From NCBI GenBank assembly GCA_050290065.1, contig JBNKGY010000001.1:16103-80102 (forward strand): a stretch of 64,000 nt of DNA. The letters are read 5' to 3'. This document shows positions 39,615 through 48,341 of this stretch, in pieces. This DNA comes from Marinilabiliaceae bacterium (GTDB lineage Bacteria; Bacteroidota; Bacteroidia; Bacteroidales; Marinilabiliaceae). Each line of letters opens with the position of its first letter. Within the stretch, counting starts at the first letter, position 1. A program made the translations under genes and the position numbers. The notes below the pieces were generated by a model, which worked only from the letters and a program-made list of their open reading frames with translations, searched no databases and was not told the DNA's origin.

Positions 39615-42600
39615 ATGAGTGAAGAAATACTAAAAGCCCTTATGCAACTGTTTGGATTAATAGCCAAACAGGATGATGGAGTACAGGAAAGTGAAATAGA
39701 ATTTGTTAAAAACTTTTTGAAGCAGCAACTCACAGCAGAAGCTGTAGATGAATATTTCACGCTATTTCAGAAACACTCAAAAAATAAAAAAAGCAGTAAT
39801 TCAAATAACGATGGTAAGGTTCAACTTACCTCAATGAAAGATTCTGTTCGGATAATTGGAATCTGCAAAAAAATAAACAAGCAGCTTAATAAAGAGCAAA
39901 AGGTTGTTGTATTAGTGCGTATGTACGAATTAGTAAATGCTGATCGTAAATTTACTGATCAACGTATGGCTATTATCAATACTGCTGCCGATGTTTTCAG
40001 ATTCTCTGAGATTGAAAAGAAAAATATAGAGGCGTTTGTTATTAATGAAGATCTCAAAAATCTCGACTTCGAGAATTTATTAGCCATTACTGCAAATGAC
40101 AAACAAGGAGAATATAGAGAGCACATTCAGGCTAAAAAATTAGATGGAAGCATTCTAATATTAAGGGTGAAAAGTGCAGATTTATATTTTCTAAGATATA
40201 CCGGTACTCAGGAAATATTTTTAAATGGTTTATTATTAAGCCAAAGACGTATTTATCTCTTCCCCAAAGGAAGTTTTTTAAAGTTACCTGCAAGAGCACC
40301 TATTTATTATACTGATGTAGTTGGGCATTTTATGACTGACGCATCAACACCTAAAATCTCTTATATAGTTGAAAATTTGGGTTTTCAATTTAAAAATGGA
40401 GGAATTGGTTTAAGAGATGTTAATCTGGCAGAAGAACATGGTAGATTAATTGGTATAATGGGTGCGAGTGGTGCTGGAAAAACAACTCTGCTAAATGTTT
40501 TATCAGGAATTGAAAGCCCTAGTTCTGGTGAGGTTAGAATAAATGGTATAAACCTGCACAAAGAAAGGGAAAAAATTGAAGGCGTTATTGGACTGATTCC
40601 TCAAGATGATCTTTTAATCGAAGAACTTACTGTTTTTGAGAACTTATATTATAATGCAAAGTTATGTTTTAAGGATAAAGCTGAAGAAGAGCTTATTCAA
40701 ATGGTTAATGATACTTTGCAACATCTAGGTTTATATGCGCGTAAAGATTTAAAGGTTGGATCACCATTGAATAAAATGATTAGTGGAGGCCAACGTAAAA
40801 GGTTAAATATTGCGTTGGAATTAATACGAGAACCCTCCATTTTATTTGTTGATGAACCTACATCAGGATTATCCTCCAGGGATTCAGAAAATGTAATGAA
40901 CCTTTTAAGGGAATTAACTCTAAAAGGGAAATTGATTTTCGTTGTTATTCATCAACCCTCTTCAGACATTTATAAAATGTTTGATAAGATGTTTATCCTT
41001 GATACTGGAGGATACCCAGTATATTATGGTAATCCTAGTGAATCTCTAATCTATTTTAAAAGATTAGATGCTCAGATCAATAGTGAACAAGGTGAATGTC
41101 CCCAATGTGGTAATTTAAATCCTGAAATGGTATTTAATATCATTGATGCTAATGTAATAGATGAATACGGAAACTACACAAATAAAAGAAAAACCAGTCC
41201 TCCTGAATGGAATGAACATTATCTGAAAAATATTAAAATTCCAAAGGTAAAAGATGTGGAATCTTCGCCTCCTCGTTCTTTAAATATACCTTCGTGGTTA
41301 AAACAATTTAATATATATACGCTTAGGGATTTCTTTTCAAAGATATCGAATAAGCAATATATACTTCTTAATATTCTAGAAGCACCCATATTAGGGTTTA
41401 TATTGGCCTTTTTAATCAGATATATAGTAGACCCGGATTCAAATATTTACATTTTTCGCGATAACGAAAATATCCCGCCATATATTTTTATGGGTATTGT
41501 TGTTGCTTTGTTTTTTGGATTAATTGTAAGTGCAGAAGAAATATTTAAAGATGCTAAAATACTTAAAAGGGAAGCATTTTTGAATCTTTCCAGATCTAGT
41601 TATTTAGTTTCAAAGGTGTTGATTCTTTTTACTATTTCTGCAATTCAAATGGGTTTGTTTGTGGGAGTCGCAAATACTGTTCTGGGTATAAAGGAAATGT
41701 ATTTTGAGTTTTGGTTGGCTTTGTTTTCTGTTTCTGCTTTTGCCAATATTCTTGGATTAATATTATCAGCTTCCTTTAATTCTATTGTTACCATTTATAT
41801 TTTAATTCCTCTGGTAATGATTCCTCAGATGGTTTTGGGAGGTGCAATGTTTACTTTCGATAAATTAAATAGAGACATCTCAAGTGCCGATAAAGTACCT
41901 TTAATAGCAGAGTTTATGCCCTCAAGATGGATTTATGAAGGATTAATGGTAGATCAGTACAAAAATAATAAGTTTCAACAATTATTTTTTGATGTAGAAC
42001 AAGAAGAAAGTACTACCGATTTTAAGGTGGTGTATTATATACAAGAGCTTGAAGATATTTTAGATGAATGTGAGAATTACCTAACCAATGGCAAACCAGA
42101 AGAAGAGAGAGAAGATTTTATCTCAAATCTAAAATTGTTGAAAAATGAAATTGAAAATGAAAACCGCAGAATTAATGATATTCAATTTGTAAAGGTTGAT
42201 CAACTTTCAGAAGATCATTTTAATAATGATATAAAATCAGCTTTAGCTATTCATTTAGAAGCATTAAAAAATTATTATTCAGATCGTTTTTTTGCGGCTA
42301 GTACAAAAAAGGAGAAAATGATTAATCTGGCCATGAGAAAATATGGTAAAGAGAAATATAATGCCATAAAAGACATATACTTAAATGAAAGCATTGCAGA
42401 TATTGTAAGAAAAGTTTTTGAAAAAAATAAAATCCTTCGAGATGGAGATAGACTGATCCAAAATGTTGATCCAATATATCAGTTACCAGAATCAGAAGGT
42501 GTTTTTTCTTTTAGAACTCATTTTTTTGCGCCTAAAAAGTATTTCATGGGTCATTACTACGAAACGATATGGTTTAATATTGCAATGGTATGGTTATTTA

Positions 42601-42686
42601 CTATAGTTCTTTATATCATTTTGTATTTTGATTTATTACGCAAATCCTTTATTTTCATTGGAGAATTAAAATATCTTAAAAAGTAA
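39615..42686 (+). CDS. ABCG/White-like fused ABC transporter with TerB-like and FHA-like N-terminal region
   Basis: GASGAGKT, PQDD, ISGGQRKR, FVDEPTSGL, IHQP; ABC-2-type TM block (PLVMIPQMVLGG, PSRW.YEGL); N-terminal LF.LIAK.DD helical domain. Confidence 0.85.
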   Translation: MSEEILKALMQLFGLIAKQDDGVQESEIEFVKNFLKQQLTAEAVDEYFTLFQKHSKNKKSSNSNNDGKVQLTSMKDSVRIIGICKKINKQLNKEQKVVVLVRMYELVNADRKFTDQRMAIINTAADVFRFSEIEKKNIEAFVINEDLKNLDFENLLAITANDKQGEYREHIQAKKLDGSILILRVKSADLYFLRYTGTQEIFLNGLLLSQRRIYLFPKGSFLKLPARAPIYYTDVVGHFMTDASTPKISYIVENLGFQFKNGGIGLRDVNLAEEHGRLIGIMGASGAGKTTLLNVLSGIESPSSGEVRINGINLHKEREKIEGVIGLIPQDDLLIEELTVFENLYYNAKLCFKDKAEEELIQMVNDTLQHLGLYARKDLKVGSPLNKMISGGQRKRLNIALELIREPSILFVDEPTSGLSSRDSENVMNLLRELTLKGKLIFVVIHQPSSDIYKMFDKMFILDTGGYPVYYGNPSESLIYFKRLDAQINSEQGECPQCGNLNPEMVFNIIDANVIDEYGNYTNKRKTSPPEWNEHYLKNIKIPKVKDVESSPPRSLNIPSWLKQFNIYTLRDFFSKISNKQYILLNILEAPILGFILAFLIRYIVDPDSNIYIFRDNENIPPYIFMGIVVALFFGLIVSAEEIFKDAKILKREAFLNLSRSSYLVSKVLILFTISAIQMGLFVGVANTVLGIKEMYFEFWLALFSVSAFANILGLILSASFNSIVTIYILIPLVMIPQMVLGGAMFTFDKLNRDISSADKVPLIAEFMPSRWIYEGLMVDQYKNNKFQQLFFDVEQEESTTDFKVVYYIQELEDILDECENYLTNGKPEEEREDFISNLKLLKNEIENENRRINDIQFVKVDQLSEDHFNNDIKSALAIHLEALKNYYSDRFFAASTKKEKMINLAMRKYGKEKYNAIKDIYLNESIADIVRKVFEKNKILRDGDRLIQNVDPIYQLPESEGVFSFRTHFFAPKKYFMGHYYETIWFNIAMVWLFTIVLYIILYFDLLRKSFIFIGELKYLKK

Positions 42687-42742
42687 CCTTTTTAGAGGTT
42701 TGGAGTATAACTTAATTGTTTTGAATATTAAAAAGACCTATC

Positions 42743-43666
42743 ATGTTAAAGAAATTATTGTACACAACGGCTATATTATGTGAGATTTTACTTTTCTCTG
42801 CATGTACTGGAAATTCCGGAAAGGGAAGCAGTGCAGGTGCAGATGATTTCTCTATTTCAGATTCTGCATTAAATCAGGATGCTCCATTACAACTTTCAGA
42901 AGAAATTATTGGTGATGTAATTCAAAATATATCCTCACCGGTTGAAATGGCTGCATTAATTAAAAAGTCTGGAGTAGATTTTTCTCAGAAAATCCTGAAT
43001 AAGCCTGAACGTATTCAAGATTATAATACAAGCTTTAAAAGAGCTTTAAATTTAGGTGTGTTTAGTGCCGATTTAGGATACATAAATACCTTTGATAAAA
43101 ATACTATTGTTATTTCTTATTTATTATCTATTAAGGAACTCTCCGAAGGTATTAAAGTAGGGCAGTTTTTTGATTTCAATTCCCTTAAGCAATTAGCCAC
43201 CAATAGTAATAATTTGGACTCGTTAATGGAGATTTCTGTTAACAGTTTTAATAAAATGGATTCATACTTAAGAGAACAAAATAGAAGCAACGTTAGTACT
43301 TTAATTGTTACAGGAGCATGGATTGAAGGATTATATATTGCAGGAAATGTGATTAAAGAAACAAAAAATCAGGAGTTGATTAATCGTATTGGTGAGCAAA
43401 AAGATATCATTGATATTTTACTTATTGTTTTGAATAACTTTAGTAGCGATCCTAACTTTGCTGAAATGGTTACCAGAATGGAACAAATTAAGCAAGCTTA
43501 TTCAGGAGTAAAAATTACAACAGAAGTCGGTGAACCAAAGAGTATTGAAAGAAATGGTACTTTAATAATTGTTCAGGATGAAATTAGTCATGTTGAAATT
43601 ACTCAGGAACAAATTGATTTAATTATAAAGGAAATTTCCAATTTAAGAGATTATATTGTGTTGTAG
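42743..43666 (+). CDS. Uncharacterised helical lipoprotein
   Basis: Lipobox FSAC followed by a Ser/Gly linker; repeated helical motifs (ALNLGVFSADLGY, GAWIEGLYI). Confidence 0.7.
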   Translation: MLKKLLYTTAILCEILLFSACTGNSGKGSSAGADDFSISDSALNQDAPLQLSEEIIGDVIQNISSPVEMAALIKKSGVDFSQKILNKPERIQDYNTSFKRALNLGVFSADLGYINTFDKNTIVISYLLSIKELSEGIKVGQFFDFNSLKQLATNSNNLDSLMEISVNSFNKMDSYLREQNRSNVSTLIVTGAWIEGLYIAGNVIKETKNQELINRIGEQKDIIDILLIVLNNFSSDPNFAEMVTRMEQIKQAYSGVKITTEVGEPKSIERNGTLIIVQDEISHVEITQEQIDLIIKEISNLRDYIVL

Positions 43667-43685
43667 GCAATTTAAATTTATAAAT

Positions 43686-43693
43686 TATCTTTG
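43686..43693 (+). promoter_or_regulatory. Bacteroidota -7 promoter element
   Basis: TATCTTTG, about 165 nt upstream of the 43857 ATG. Confidence 0.45.
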
Positions 43694-43856
43694 CTGGCAA
43701 ATAATATCATTATTAACAGGAGTTTGGTTAAGGTGGATGAACTGAGAGTAAACTTCCTGTAATTATCAAATTTTAAATAATGGAGTTGTACCAATTCAAT
43801 AATGGTATTATTATTGAGATAAGTCCATTTGAATTTAAGCATTAAAATTTAAACAA

Positions 43857-44312
43857 ATGAAAAAGGTATTTATTTTATCCATATTACTTATTTCTATATT
43901 TTCCATTTCAGGTTCTGCACAATGTGGAGAAGATTTACTGAAAACAGCACTCAAAGAAATGGGTGATACGCAGTATATCAAGGATTTTACCATTAACTTA
44001 ATGCAGGACAAAAAAGATGTTAAAACTGGTTATGTGAAGTTTAGCGTTATATTGAATAGTAGGAGCCATTATAAATTTAATACCGTAAATGGGGTAGGTA
44101 ATCCTGAAAAGGTTATTATGCAATTATATGATGGAGATAAGCTTCTTCATTCAAATTTTGCAAATGGGAAAATGTATGATGCTATTGAATATGTTTGTAG
44201 AAAAACAAAAGTCTATAGTTTAGTTTTTTCATTTAAAGGAGGTGCAGAAGGTTGTGCTAAATCAGTAATGTCTTTAGTTAAACAATATTCTGCCGGAGAA
44301 ATGAATTTTTAA
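43857..44312 (+). CDS. Small exported hypothetical protein with three Cys in the mature part
   Basis: Sec signal ending near SAQ; Cys in AQCG, YVCR and EGCA. Confidence 0.65.
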   Translation: MKKVFILSILLISIFSISGSAQCGEDLLKTALKEMGDTQYIKDFTINLMQDKKDVKTGYVKFSVILNSRSHYKFNTVNGVGNPEKVIMQLYDGDKLLHSNFANGKMYDAIEYVCRKTKVYSLVFSFKGGAEGCAKSVMSLVKQYSAGEMNF

Positions 44313-44335
44313 TCTGTAATCAGATATAAAACAAG

Positions 44336-44364
44336 AGCGTTGCCCGAAAAAGCAACGCTTTTTT
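44336..44364 (+). terminator. Intrinsic terminator closing the signalling block (probably bidirectional)
   Basis: AGCGTTGC-8 nt loop-GCAACGCT followed by a T run, between convergent genes. Confidence 0.8.
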
Positions 44365-44367
44365 GTT

Positions 44368-45354
44368 TTAAACGATCTCCCATTGTTTTGATTTAGCAGA
44401 TTTAAATATGGCATCAATAGCTCTCATATTACCAATGGATTGATCTTCAGAAATAGGAGATTTTCTTTTATGAATTATCGCCTCAGAAAAGAAATCAAAC
44501 ATCAAACCGTATTGATCACAAACATCAAACACAATATCTCTGGTTCCTTGAGGTGTTGAAATGGTAATTTTTGATTTTGTATCTACATATGTATTAAATG
44601 GTATTTGCACTTTAATGACGCCTGCTGTTCCATGAATTTCTACGCATTGATTAGCCTCACTCAAAGTAGAAACAGTAAAATTTACTATTGCATCTTCAAA
44701 ATCTAAAATGGCAGATGTTAATACATCAGTTTTAAATGTTTTATGCTGTCTGAATAATGAAACCACTTTTACTGGTTCTTTTTCCAACAAGAATCTAGGT
44801 ACGGAAATCGCATAACAACCAATATCCATTAAAGCACCACCTCCAAATTCTTTTATATTTCTAATGTTATCCGGATCTGGATTATTATAAGAAAAGGAGG
44901 TATTAATATGTTGTATTTTACCAATCTGATTTGTTTTTATAATGTTTTTAACATGCAACCATTGAGGGTGAAATTGATACATGAATGCCTCCATTAGTAA
45001 TACATTCTTCTCATTTGCTTGTTTAAAGCACATTTGAGCTTCTGAAGCTGTTAAAGCAATAGGTTTTTCGCACAAAATATTTTTGCCTGAATTTGCCGCT
45101 TTTACAATCCATTGGGAATGTAAATGATTTGGAAGGGGAATGTAAACTGCATCAATGTCAGGATCATTAATAAGATCCTCATAGCATTTATAATATTTTT
45201 CTATGCCAAAATCTTTGGCAAATTTTTCTCCTTTCTCAGAATCTCTTGATGCAATACCATGAATAGTACAATTTTTTGTACTCTTTAAGGGGATAATAAT
45301 TCGTTTTAACAGATGATTTGAAACACCTAATACTCCAAATTTAATAATGCTCAT
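44368..45354 (-). CDS. Gfo/Idh/MocA oxidoreductase
   Basis: IASR, DAVYIPLPNHLH, LCEKP, EAFMY.FHPQW, GGALMDIGCY. Confidence 0.9.
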   Translation of the reverse strand: MSIIKFGVLGVSNHLLKRIIIPLKSTKNCTIHGIASRDSEKGEKFAKDFGIEKYYKCYEDLINDPDIDAVYIPLPNHLHSQWIVKAANSGKNILCEKPIALTASEAQMCFKQANEKNVLLMEAFMYQFHPQWLHVKNIIKTNQIGKIQHINTSFSYNNPDPDNIRNIKEFGGGALMDIGCYAISVPRFLLEKEPVKVVSLFRQHKTFKTDVLTSAILDFEDAIVNFTVSTLSEANQCVEIHGTAGVIKVQIPFNTYVDTKSKITISTPQGTRDIVFDVCDQYGLMFDFFSEAIIHKRKSPISEDQSIGNMRAIDAIFKSAKSKQWEIV

Positions 45355-45420
45355 AATCGTTTTATTTCAATTTATATAGTACATCCTTTTTTGAATAATA
45401 AAATTACTTCATCTATGAAT

Positions 45421-48165
45421 TTACTCAATACTATAATTGTATAAGTAATTATTATCACCACCAACAATTAAATTGAAATGATTACTAGTTGAACTTAAAA
45501 ATCCTATGCTAAATCGTGATTTACCTTTTAGCGGGAAGTTTTTATAAAGGCTACCATCATTATTTATAAGATAAATCTTGTTGTTCAAAGAATCAAAAAT
45601 ACCAATTTTTTTGTTGCTACTTGTAAATTGATATAGATCTGCCGCAGGAACAATTTCTCCTGAAAAACCGGTTTTAAAAATCTTTTTGCCGCTATTACTG
45701 TATAAGGTCAAATTATCCTTTGTAAGGATGATATATTCGTCGTTTTTATTCTGAGTTATATTACTGACTGTAAAATAATGGTCCCCTATATCATTTTTAA
45801 GTAATTTGGTTGTCTTACCATTATTCAGGTTAATTTCAATTATATTTCCCTTCAAATCAGTATTTACTATGAAAGGATGGTCAGTTACTTGAGAATAAAA
45901 TATACTATTTGGATTACTTATAAAATCACCTTTAATGTTGATGCGATTTTTACCCTTGCGATTTAAAATATAGTTACGCTTGTTATCCGATAAAACAATG
46001 TAGTCTTTATTTGCAATCCTGAAATGTTGGATAGGTTTTGAAACTGTTCCTTCTGTTTTATTAAATTTCCAACCAGTTATTATTTTCCCGGATTTATCAA
46101 ATGCGTAAGTCTGTTGATTATTGCAAGCAACAAATATTCGATAGTTCCGGTTGTTATCATAATCAAATAGAGCAATGCCGTTAGTAGCTTCGTTGGCTAG
46201 GTTAATTGGATAATTATCTACAGTGTTTCCGTTTCTATCTATTAAAAATATCTTATTCTTAGTATTAAAAAGGTATTGTAGTTTGTTATTTCGATAATAG
46301 TCTATTTGGAAAATTTCACTTAAAATAGGAGAGTCAAGTTTTTTTTCCCATAAAACCTTTCCATTATTGGCAATTAAATATATAATATTTGATTTATCCT
46401 GAACTATTATTTCCTTTTCTTTTGTGTAGTGATTTTCAACCAATGAAGGTTTAGATATAATAGTACTATCTAATCTGCTTTGCCAAACTGTTTGAGGTTC
46501 TTTTTCCCTGACAGGTAAATATTGGATACTAGTGTTGATATACATTAGATCGTTTGCTTTTGAACATTGAAAGCCAACACCATAAAACTTTGAAAGGTTT
46601 TGTTTTTGTTCTTTGCTTGGATTAAACAGATTGAAATTACTTACTCCAGGTAAAATATTCTGGAATTTGGAGAAATCACAAAAAACAAACACGTTTTCTT
46701 TATAAGAAAAATTTTCTGAGAATCGCTGATAGTATTTATTGTTGTAAATAGTCTTCTTTAAAACATTTGCATAAATAAATGATTTCAAAGAACTAACAGA
46801 ATTTGAGAATATTAAATAGTTATCGTAAAATGTAAAGTATTTTGTTGGTGATATTGAAAAAAAGTTATAAAATACATATTCAAACATTTTTAATGAATGT
46901 CCATTATAAATGGGAAAATTAGTCTTATTATCAAGCTTATAGTTGTAAATGGGTTCAAATTCAACATTGTTATTAAATCTTGCTAATGATTTTAGTGTTT
47001 TGGATTTACTGTTTGTTTTTAGGATTAAATATTTGCCATCTTTAATGTCATTGGGATTTGATGGATTAAATACAAGCGCAAATTCATCATCTAACAAATC
47101 AAATATAATATTTTCACTTTCGTTTAAGGGTATGTTATGATATGTCTTTGAGTATTGAGACAAATACTTATCGTATGTATTTGTTTTATTTAGGAACTTG
47201 GTGAAATTTTGTTTTAAATCCTCTTCATCTTCAAAATTATAGGAGATAAACAAGTTAGAATTATCTGGAATAACCTTAGCAATTTTTGTTGATGTGGCAT
47301 CTAAACCATCAAATAATAGATTATAATCATTATTTTCTTTAGAGGGATGAATAAAGCCGTTAATATTAATAACATTACTATTCAAGTTTATATCAAACTC
47401 TCCCCACTCGCCAAATTTACTTAATACAGATAATTTTTCTTTGAAATTATTGATGAACAAAGGCTTAATTACTTCCGGAAGGTTTTTAAAATTTACAAAT
47501 ACGTTAATGTCACTATTATTCCCTGCTGTTTTATATAGTTTATTAAAGGTTGTATTCTTTAAAATAGAATATTCTGTTTCTAATTGGCGAAGTGAATTTT
47601 CAACAAGAATTGATGATTTACTAATTATTATAATTCCATTATAGATGGCCAGATAGTATTCATTTTTATTAGTGTTATCAATTAGGGTATATATGGTATT
47701 AGAATTGTACTTTCTTTTAGATATTTTTCCAATTGGATTTGAATCTTGAGTCAAAAAGTTTTCAATACTATTTTGTTCAGCTTTATTTTTAAGTTTTAAT
47801 AAAAAAAGCGACACTACATTCTCTTTACCTTCTTTATGAAGTGAAATTGTTAATTGTCTATATTTAAATTTTGAAATTTCATTTAAAGAAAATGTTTTAC
47901 TACTATCAATTTCACAAATGGAATGATAGAACCGGGAATACCAGTTAAATTCTTTTAAATCCTCACTGTAGTTTATTTTATTTATTATTGTCTTTGATAA
48001 TTCAGCTGGATTATCTATTTGAAGTATTATTGACGCATCCGTGGGAATTGCCTTGATTGTATAATTATCTTTATAATCTTTGAAGTTGTATAAATAAAAA
48101 TAGGAAAATATTGATAATGCAACTAAAACACCGCATATTGATATTGTTAATATATTTTTTCGCAT
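45421..48165 (-). CDS. Large membrane-anchored hypothetical protein (DUF3352-like N-terminus, beta-propeller-like C-terminus)
   Basis: N-terminal TM segment; C-terminal repeats such as QIDYYRNNKLQYLF, LFDYDNNRNYRIF and FPLKG. Confidence 0.55.
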   Translation of the reverse strand: MRKNILTISICGVLVALSIFSYFYLYNFKDYKDNYTIKAIPTDASIILQIDNPAELSKTIINKINYSEDLKEFNWYSRFYHSICEIDSSKTFSLNEISKFKYRQLTISLHKEGKENVVSLFLLKLKNKAEQNSIENFLTQDSNPIGKISKRKYNSNTIYTLIDNTNKNEYYLAIYNGIIIISKSSILVENSLRQLETEYSILKNTTFNKLYKTAGNNSDINVFVNFKNLPEVIKPLFINNFKEKLSVLSKFGEWGEFDINLNSNVININGFIHPSKENNDYNLLFDGLDATSTKIAKVIPDNSNLFISYNFEDEEDLKQNFTKFLNKTNTYDKYLSQYSKTYHNIPLNESENIIFDLLDDEFALVFNPSNPNDIKDGKYLILKTNSKSKTLKSLARFNNNVEFEPIYNYKLDNKTNFPIYNGHSLKMFEYVFYNFFSISPTKYFTFYDNYLIFSNSVSSLKSFIYANVLKKTIYNNKYYQRFSENFSYKENVFVFCDFSKFQNILPGVSNFNLFNPSKEQKQNLSKFYGVGFQCSKANDLMYINTSIQYLPVREKEPQTVWQSRLDSTIISKPSLVENHYTKEKEIIVQDKSNIIYLIANNGKVLWEKKLDSPILSEIFQIDYYRNNKLQYLFNTKNKIFLIDRNGNTVDNYPINLANEATNGIALFDYDNNRNYRIFVACNNQQTYAFDKSGKIITGWKFNKTEGTVSKPIQHFRIANKDYIVLSDNKRNYILNRKGKNRINIKGDFISNPNSIFYSQVTDHPFIVNTDLKGNIIEINLNNGKTTKLLKNDIGDHYFTVSNITQNKNDEYIILTKDNLTLYSNSGKKIFKTGFSGEIVPAADLYQFTSSNKKIGIFDSLNNKIYLINNDGSLYKNFPLKGKSRFSIGFLSSTSNHFNLIVGGDNNYLYNYSIE

Positions 48166-48341
48166 AGTAATAATGAAGCTTTGATAGAATAACTCTTAGG
48201 TACGTTACATCTTTAAAGCCTGATTGCTAAAATTTTAATATCAATAAAGTTTGATTTATTAAAGCTTTAACTACCAAGTTTAATTTGTTGCAAAAATAAT
48301 TGCATATTATTAATGTAAAAATGAATAATTTAATCCTAAAT

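Noticed and set aside
21207-44312. Signalling block as a recently acquired mobile island
   Set aside because: I saw no integrase, transposase, tRNA or flanking direct repeats, and composition looks similar to the flanks by eye (not computed).
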